Origin: Candidatus Hodarchaeota archaeon
GTDB lineage: Archaea; Asgardarchaeota; Heimdallarchaeia; Hodarchaeales; Hodarchaeaceae
Direction: 5' to 3'
NCBI GenBank assembly: GCA_016840035.1
Contig: JAEOTC010000160.1
Location: 1-21,882 of the forward strand
Length of the DNA stretch: 21,882 nucleotides
A program made the translations under genes and the position numbers. The notes beneath the pieces were generated by a model. That model made no database searches, was not told the DNA's origin, and saw nothing but the letters and a program-made list of their open reading frames with translations. How positions within the stretch are numbered: position 1 is the stretch's first letter; every line of letters begins with the position of its first letter. Positions 16,572 through 21,882 of this stretch are shown here, piece by piece.

Positions 16572-17426
16572 TTAATAGTTCATCTGTTCAAGACGGGAAA
16601 TTCGTTCAGCTACAGGGGGATGCGTGGAAAACATACCTGCAAAGCTCTTTGAGGATAACGGATTTGAAATGTATAAATGACTTAAACTTGGACTTGGTTG
16701 TCCGCGTCGTCCACGTCTATATGAATATCGAGAATGAGATTCAAGTTTCCTAAGAGCATTTGCTAAACCAATTGGATTTCCAGTAATCTTAGCAGCTTCA
16801 TGATCAGCTGCATATTCACGACTTCGAGAAATGGCCATTTGAACCAGTAAAGCAGCGATAGGGGCAACAATCCACGTAACCAGAAGAGCAATTCCATTAG
16901 CATTACCATCTCTATCTGTAAGGCTGAACCAAAAAGCCATTCGAGATACAAACATGATTGCAGTTGCGAACATGGCAGCAATTGTCTGAATAAGGGTATC
17001 CCAATGTTTTACATGACTAAGTTCATGTGCTAAAACTCCATCCAACTCATCAGGAGACATGATATCCAAAAGACCTGTATGAACAGCAATAACGGCTTTA
17101 CCAGGCGAACGGCCTGTTGCAAACGCGTTAGGAGTAGGATTCTGTACAATAGCAACGCGAGGTTGAGGAATACCAGCTCTTTGAGCTAAATCTCTAACAC
17201 GATAGTATAATGCAGGTGCTTGATGTTCGTCCACAATTGTAGCTCTTGTCATTTTTAGAACTAAAGAGTCTGAAAACCAGTAGGAAAAGAAAACAAATAA
17301 TCCCGAGAATACCAAGAATACTAGAGGAGAAATATTGAAGACTAACGAGATCACATAAAATAATCCTAATAAGACTCCGAATAACATTCCAGTTTTCAAT
17401 AGATTTGTAATATCCATGTTTATCAT
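16572..17426 (-). CDS. htpX: Zinc metalloprotease HtpX (M48)
   Basis: PNAFATGR.P, VLAHELSH (HExxH), SRSREYAAD, FSTHPP..ERI, two N-terminal TM helices. Start may be ATG 17417. Confidence 0.95.
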   Translation of the reverse strand: MINMDITNLLKTGMLFGVLLGLFYVISLVFNISPLVFLVFSGLFVFFSYWFSDSLVLKMTRATIVDEHQAPALYYRVRDLAQRAGIPQPRVAIVQNPTPNAFATGRSPGKAVIAVHTGLLDIMSPDELDGVLAHELSHVKHWDTLIQTIAAMFATAIMFVSRMAFWFSLTDRDGNANGIALLVTWIVAPIAALLVQMAISRSREYAADHEAAKITGNPIGLANALRKLESHSRYSYRRGRRGQPSPSLSHLYISNPLSSKSFAGMFSTHPPVAERISRLEQMNY

Positions 17427-17518
17427 CGTTTATTGAAGTTTATATAATACTTTCAAGCAATTAAAACAAAAATATCTCTCCTTAAATTGACTAGCTTTGA
17501 GGAATCACTTAATTTAAA

Positions 17519-17571
17519 TCCTAGGAGTACTAGGAATAAGGGGAAAAGAGGTCAAAACAAGAAAAAAAAAA
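17519..17571 (-). terminator. Probable terminator of the small membrane-protein gene
   Basis: 10-T tract (17562-17571, minus strand) 14 nt after the stop, followed by the TCCTAG-gagta-CTAGGA inverted repeat (17519-17535). Confidence 0.45.
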
Positions 17572-17584
17572 GAAAGGTGGAAGT

Positions 17585-17965
17585 TTAAATGAAATTATCA
17601 ATTATTAAGACAATTCCACCAATAAAGACTAACAGACCACCAAGGCCAAGGCCTACGATACCTACAACAATATAAATGATACCCCAGATAAGTAGATCGC
17701 CTTTACTTTTACCAGCAAGTTCCCTGTAGCCGTAAATAGCAATAAGACCACAGATAATCATTATTGCGGCCAAAAATAACCATTGAAGGTCTCCTAGATC
17801 AACATTCTCACCTATGAGATTTGTACCAAAATTAATACCACCTATATCAAGGGATATAGCCATGTCAGGTAATAATTCATTGATAGCCATAATGATCCCA
17901 AAGATGACCAACAGAATTCCACCAATGACACCAAGTATTCTACCTATAAATTTTAAATCAGCCAT
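17585..17965 (-). CDS. Small glycine-rich multi-pass membrane protein, unknown function
   Basis: About 126 aa with 3-4 hydrophobic Gly-rich helices. ATG 17965 is preceded by GTGA on the minus strand and is preferred over TTG 17995. Confidence 0.8.
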   Translation of the reverse strand: MADLKFIGRILGVIGGILLVIFGIIMAINELLPDMAISLDIGGINFGTNLIGENVDLGDLQWLFLAAIMIICGLIAIYGYRELAGKSKGDLLIWGIIYIVVGIVGLGLGGLLVFIGGIVLIIDNFI

Positions 17966-17990
17966 TTTTATCACGTTTAATGTTTTATTT

Positions 17991-18028
17991 CTCAAAATCG
18001 AAGAAAAACACTCGATTTTGAGTATAAA
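17991..18028 (-). promoter_or_regulatory. 11-bp perfect inverted repeat adjacent to a TATA box
   Basis: CTCAAAATCGA-N10-TCGATTTTGAG (17991-18022) directly beside TTTATA (18023-18028, minus strand). Confidence 0.5.
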
Positions 18029-18224
18029 TCATGACTGACAATTTAGAAAACTAAATACATTTCGGTAAACAAAATCGAAATTTCAGGGGTAAATTGAAAT
18101 TTCTTTCAATTTTCGAGATTTGGTGATATAGCCGCTCTACATGTGATTTTCTTCATCTGAAAGATTAATATCTCCAAGATATTATTTGTAAAAACACAAT
18201 TCCTAAATGTTCTAGGGAGAAATC

Positions 18225-18489
18225 ATGCCATCAATCTTGACTAAAATCGCAAATATCTTCTCTGTAACATATTACCTCAATAAACAAAACCGTAAAGCAC
18301 TTTTAGTAACAAGTATTGGATTATTGATATCCTTTGCAATTGTATTAGAGAGTACAGTGCTAGCTGATACACAAAACAAGTTAATTATCGATAATTATGG
18401 ATAATTTAGCAAATCAAGAGGAATTTGAAGATATCACAATCATAGCAAACCATTCATCAAATTTTCATCAATGTCTGATAAGTCGTTAA
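18225..18489 (+). pseudogene. Probable N-terminal fragment of an FtsX/MacB-type ABC permease (frameshifted, truncated); not in the ORF track
   Basis: GGGAGA RBS, then 59-aa ORF 18225-18404 MPSILTKIANIFSVTYYLNKQNRKALLVTSIGLLISFAIVLESTVLADTQNKLIIDNYG* (amphipathic helix, basic patch, one TM helix). A plausible continuation MDNLANQEEFEDITIIAN.. lies in another frame (18397-18489). Confidence 0.45.
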
Positions 18490-18701
18490 AAATTAAAGAT
18501 GGAAGATTTGCTGGTTTTTATGAAAACAAGATGAAAGCTAATTACTCCGATTTTGATGAACTCACGTATGTGGACCAATATGGTACTCTTACAATTCCAG
18601 AAGAATATCGAAAACTTGCGAAGATCCAAGAATATATACAATTTAAATATGAGGGCGGAAAATTAATCATAAAACCAGTTAATTCTAAAGAAGAATCTTA
18701 A
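18471..18701 (+). CDS. AbrB/MazE-like swapped-hairpin domain preceded by the C-terminal tail of a LolD-type ABC ATPase (likely gene remnant)
   Basis: VDQYGTLTIPEEYRKLAKI...IQFKYEGGKLIIKP is AbrB-like. N-terminal (KFSS)MSDKSLKIKDGRF resembles the 'aDR...lkDG.i' end of ABC ATPases. Confidence 0.6.
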   Translation: MSDKSLKIKDGRFAGFYENKMKANYSDFDELTYVDQYGTLTIPEEYRKLAKIQEYIQFKYEGGKLIIKPVNSKEES

Positions 18702-19011
18702 TTTAAGATTTACACGTACTTTTGAACACGTGGTTCTTTCGAGATACCATGCAATAATTTTGATAAAAGTAGGAGCATGAAGTATCTATAGAAAGGACTT
18801 ATTTTTCTACAAAATTAGTGTTGAAATAACCCTGTTAATGGCAGGAAAGAAAGAATAAAGTCATCAGAATTGAGGAAGGCAACTTCTTACCATATGAACA
18901 AAGTTCATATGTTCACATGCACTTTCACATTTGTTCATAGAAGTTCCAGTAGCGTAACCAGATCTTCCAATGGAAAAATGCAAAAAGTATAGTCCTGTAC
19001 AGAAATTTGTA

Positions 19012-20490
19012 TTACTCACTATCTCGAATACCTGTGGCTTTTGTAGCTGTTTTCTTTTGCTTATACGCATAAAAAAGTTCTGACAGCTCTTGAATCTGTT
19101 TAAGTACATTATTAATATCAATAGTTACGAATTGATAATCGTTTATAACTATTTCGCCATTGGAAATTACGTACTTCATCTCATTACCATTTGCAGCCCA
19201 AATTAGGTTTTCAATAACGTTGTCGATTCGAGTAGGAGTTAAATTTGGAGCAGAAAGATCCACTACGGTGATATCCGCGCTTAGACCATTAGATAATGAC
19301 CCTGTATTATAGTTTAGAATTTGAGAAGGAACAATTGTAATCCTTTCCAAAACATCCTGAGCAGTCATCATGGTTGCATCTTTATGAAATGCTTTCTGGT
19401 ATTGAGCTGCTAAACGTGCGGCATTTATTATATTCTGATTATCTGCACTTCCTGATCCATCAGTGGAAATCGCAAATGGAATATTTTTTTCTTTAAATTT
19501 TTGTAATGGTGGCATCCCAGAACCTAAAATTGTGTTTGCCAATGGATTATGTACTACGGAAGTTTTTGTTTTTGTTAGAATCTCTATATCCTCTTCAGAA
19601 CTCTGTACTTGATGACCAACGAATGTATTTTTATCTAAAAAACCAATAGAATCTGCATAAGCGATGGGTGTCATTCCATACTCCTTTGTAAACCATTGTG
19701 TTGTTGCGTACTCTTCACTGGAATGTATGTGTATCATCGTCTGATGGTCATCTGCCCATATTTTCAACTGTTTAAGCAATTCTGGTCCATTTGAAAAGAA
19801 TTGATCTGGCCCAGGAATAATCCTGACATCGGATTCGTCCTTAAATTTCTCATAAAGCTCATCCATTCTATTTATGGCTACTTCTGGCGGTGTATCAAGA
19901 ATTCGGGGATCGTAATGTCTATCCTGAGAGCCCACGGCAATTGTAATCTTAGTTTTCGCAACACGATTTGCTTCAACCAGTTCAGGCACATGATATTTAT
20001 TGAAATTACAATGATGAACCACAGCTGTTGTGATTCCGTGTTGTAAATCATCAATACGTGCTTTTAGATAGGTAAGATAATAGGGTGAACATCCAAATCT
20101 CTCTGTCAGCGTTTTTTCCTCTTCATGGAGAAACCCAGTGAAATGGTTAACTGCTTCATCAAGCCATGTTGTTAGAGGAACATCTTTTGCCATTCCAATA
20201 AGAGGTGACTCGTGATCATGACCATGAGCTTTCACAAATCCAGGTAGTGCAACCCCATTTATCTGAGGTACCTCTTCGCTGCGATTAATTTGCCCATCCT
20301 TAGTCCCTAACACGGTTAAATCAAACTTAGAATCATTTAGAATTTTATCAATTCGTTCAGGGTTAAATTTTCCAACTTCTTTGATCAATACTCCTTCGGT
20401 TAGGACATATCCATCCTCAATACGCGTTTCTCTTCCTAAGGAGTCTGAAAGGGGGACGAGTAGCCTTGTACGGATCAGTATGCGCTTCAT
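19012..20490 (-). CDS. Metal-dependent amidohydrolase, MtaD/SAH-deaminase/AtzA/8-oxoguanine deaminase-like
   Basis: PGFVKAHGH (HxH), GITT, HIHSSE, GHQV, HNPLAN..LGSG, STDG.GS, GSL..G..AD. Substrate cannot be determined from the sequence. Confidence 0.9.
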   Translation of the reverse strand: MKRILIRTRLLVPLSDSLGRETRIEDGYVLTEGVLIKEVGKFNPERIDKILNDSKFDLTVLGTKDGQINRSEEVPQINGVALPGFVKAHGHDHESPLIGMAKDVPLTTWLDEAVNHFTGFLHEEEKTLTERFGCSPYYLTYLKARIDDLQHGITTAVVHHCNFNKYHVPELVEANRVAKTKITIAVGSQDRHYDPRILDTPPEVAINRMDELYEKFKDESDVRIIPGPDQFFSNGPELLKQLKIWADDHQTMIHIHSSEEYATTQWFTKEYGMTPIAYADSIGFLDKNTFVGHQVQSSEEDIEILTKTKTSVVHNPLANTILGSGMPPLQKFKEKNIPFAISTDGSGSADNQNIINAARLAAQYQKAFHKDATMMTAQDVLERITIVPSQILNYNTGSLSNGLSADITVVDLSAPNLTPTRIDNVIENLIWAANGNEMKYVISNGEIVINDYQFVTIDINNVLKQIQELSELFYAYKQKKTATKATGIRDSE

Positions 20491-20687
20491 ATATCGATCA
20501 ACTTTTTCTCTGGGATGAATTGAACTTTTTAAGAAGAAATTTCTCCAGTTTGTGGTTCGGAATGGTGGTTGAAAAAGCTAGAGGCTAGGAACTTTCTAGA
20601 TTCTAATATATTGAACTTAAATCATAATTAGATTATCAAAAAAAACTAAAGAGGAATATGTTAACTTGTCTAAGTGGTGGGTAAATT

Positions 20688-21882
20688 ATGTTTGATCTCC
20701 TTATTACAAATGGAACACTTGTAGATAGTCATGGAATGTACCAAGCAAATCTTGGGATTACAGCAGGTAAAATTTCAAGCATTTATCAGGGAAATAAGAA
20801 AGTTTCTGCAGAAAGAACTATCGATGCATCTAAGAAATTAGTTTTTCCAGGAATTGTTGATACCCACGTCCATTTTCAGCTCCAGGATCTTGGGAAAATT
20901 ATTTCGACTGACACTTTTAGTACTGGAACTCAAGCTGCTGCATTTGGTGGAGTCACTACATTTATTGACTTTGCAGATCAAACACGTGGTGAGTCACCCT
21001 TAAAAGGATTCTTAGCACGTAAAAAATCAGCAGATGGCCAGGTAGCGATTGATTATAGTCTTCACGTTTCAAAAACTGATTTAGAATATTTAGATGAAAT
21101 TCCAGAATTAATCAAACAAGGAGTTTCGAGTTTCAAGTTTTTTACAACCTACGACTGGAGAAATCTTGATTTAACTGATGCCCAACTTGTACAATTCTTT
21201 AAACATGTCAGAAAACATCGTGGGTTTGTCATTGGCCACTGTGAAAACAATTCTATGGTTAAAACTTATCGTAATCAATTAATTGATGAGGGAAAAGAAG
21301 ATCCAATATATCACGCACACTCACGGCCACATCTTTCAGAGGAAGAAGCTATCCAAAGGGCCATTCTCTTTGCCCGTCGAACAGGTGTCCACCTTCATAT
21401 TGCACATATTTCTACGAAAGAAGGAGCTAATCTCCTAGCTCAAGCTAAACAGAGCAATCTACGGGTTTCGGGAGAAACGTGCCCTCAATATTTACTTTTA
21501 AATGAGAAAGCATATACGACTCCAGAAGGTTATCTTAACCTTCTATCACCCCCTCTAAGGCATACGAAGGATCAACAGGGATTGATTCACTATATTGAAT
21601 CAGGAATAATCGATATTATTATTACTGACCATTGTGAATTCTCCCGAGAGAAAAAAGGGAATGGTACATTACCTTTCCATCAAGTTACCAATGGAATTCC
21701 TGGAATTGAAACCTCACTTCCATTAATTCATGATTTTCTAGTAAATTCAAAGAAAATCAGTTATCCTGGCTTAGTAAATTTACTCTCCACAAATCCCGCC
21801 AAACTTTTCGGCCTTTATCCTCAAAAAGGATCCTTACAGACGGGGACAGATGCAGATATCGTAATTTTTGATCCTTCTGTAA
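20688..21882 (+). CDS. Dihydropyrimidinase / D-hydantoinase (cyclic amidohydrolase), 3' end outside the window; not in the ORF track
   Basis: Manual translation MFDLLITNGTLV...PGIVDTHVHF...GTQAAAFGGVTTFIDF...GVSSFKFF...HCEN...HIAHIS...GETCPQYL...SPPLR...TDHC...NGIPGIE...NPAKLFGLYPQKGSL..G.DADIVIFDP; frame open to the window end. Confidence 0.9.
   Translation, partial: MFDLLITNGTLVDSHGMYQANLGITAGKISSIYQGNKKVSAERTIDASKKLVFPGIVDTHVHFQLQDLGKIISTDTFSTGTQAAAFGGVTTFIDFADQTRGESPLKGFLARKKSADGQVAIDYSLHVSKTDLEYLDEIPELIKQGVSSFKFFTTYDWRNLDLTDAQLVQFFKHVRKHRGFVIGHCENNSMVKTYRNQLIDEGKEDPIYHAHSRPHLSEEEAIQRAILFARRTGVHLHIAHISTKEGANLLAQAKQSNLRVSGETCPQYLLLNEKAYTTPEGYLNLLSPPLRHTKDQQGLIHYIESGIIDIIITDHCEFSREKKGNGTLPFHQVTNGIPGIETSLPLIHDFLVNSKKISYPGLVNLLSTNPAKLFGLYPQKGSLQTGTDADIVIFDPSV

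Noticed and set aside
18881-18945. Possible SECIS element (AUGA-containing stem 3' of a gene)
   Set aside because: The ATGA pairs Watson-Crick with TCAT rather than forming tandem GA pairs, and no neighbouring gene has an in-frame TGA.
14652-20046. ORFs 14652-14837, 14834-15043, 16763-16981, 17814-18038, 18864-19121 and 19801-20046
   Set aside because: They overlap confident genes and show no motifs. 18864-19121 overlaps the amidohydrolase end in another frame, and its Cys residues fit no pattern I recognise.
20658-20684. 8-codon ORF (MLTCLSGG) with GAGGA upstream, in frame with the dihydropyrimidinase
   Set aside because: Too short to support; family similarity begins at ATG 20688.
1-21882. 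CRISPR arrays, tRNA/rRNA genes, IS elements, cobalamin or SAM riboswitches
   Set aside because: No regularly spaced repeats, cloverleafs, transposase motifs or riboswitch consensus seen by eye. A covariance-model scan would be needed to exclude them fully.

Overview
AT-rich, gene-dense archaeal window. TATA-type promoters, T-tract terminators, GGAGG/GTGA ribosome-binding sites and a longin-like protein point, by inference, to an Asgard archaeon (Heimdallarchaeia/Hodarchaeales-like). Gene order: thiolase; deoxynucleoside kinase; ABC-2 exporter (ATPase + 2 permeases); an unlisted 55-aa ORF carrying the C-x2-C-x5-C-x10-C Fe-S motif of TFE-beta/RPC34; nadB; a five-gene minus-strand B12 methyl-transfer operon (VOC protein, corrinoid protein, homocysteine methyltransferase domain, non-pyrrolysine MttB-family methyltransferase, stand-alone MetH reactivation domain); a MinD/ParA ATPase coupled to a longin-like/winged-helix protein; lysine/saccharopine dehydrogenase; GH3 beta-glucosidase; htpX; a small membrane protein; a probable collapsed ABC-transporter remnant; an amidohydrolase divergent from a dihydropyrimidinase cut by the window edge. 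The three most interesting items are (1) a split methionine synthase in which an MttB-family enzyme takes the place of the folate-binding module, (2) the stand-alone TFE-beta/RPC34-type Fe-S mini-protein, and (3) the ParA + longin-HTH pair. No rRNA, tRNA, CRISPR array or transposase was recognised. All family calls come from motif recognition by eye; no database searches were run.
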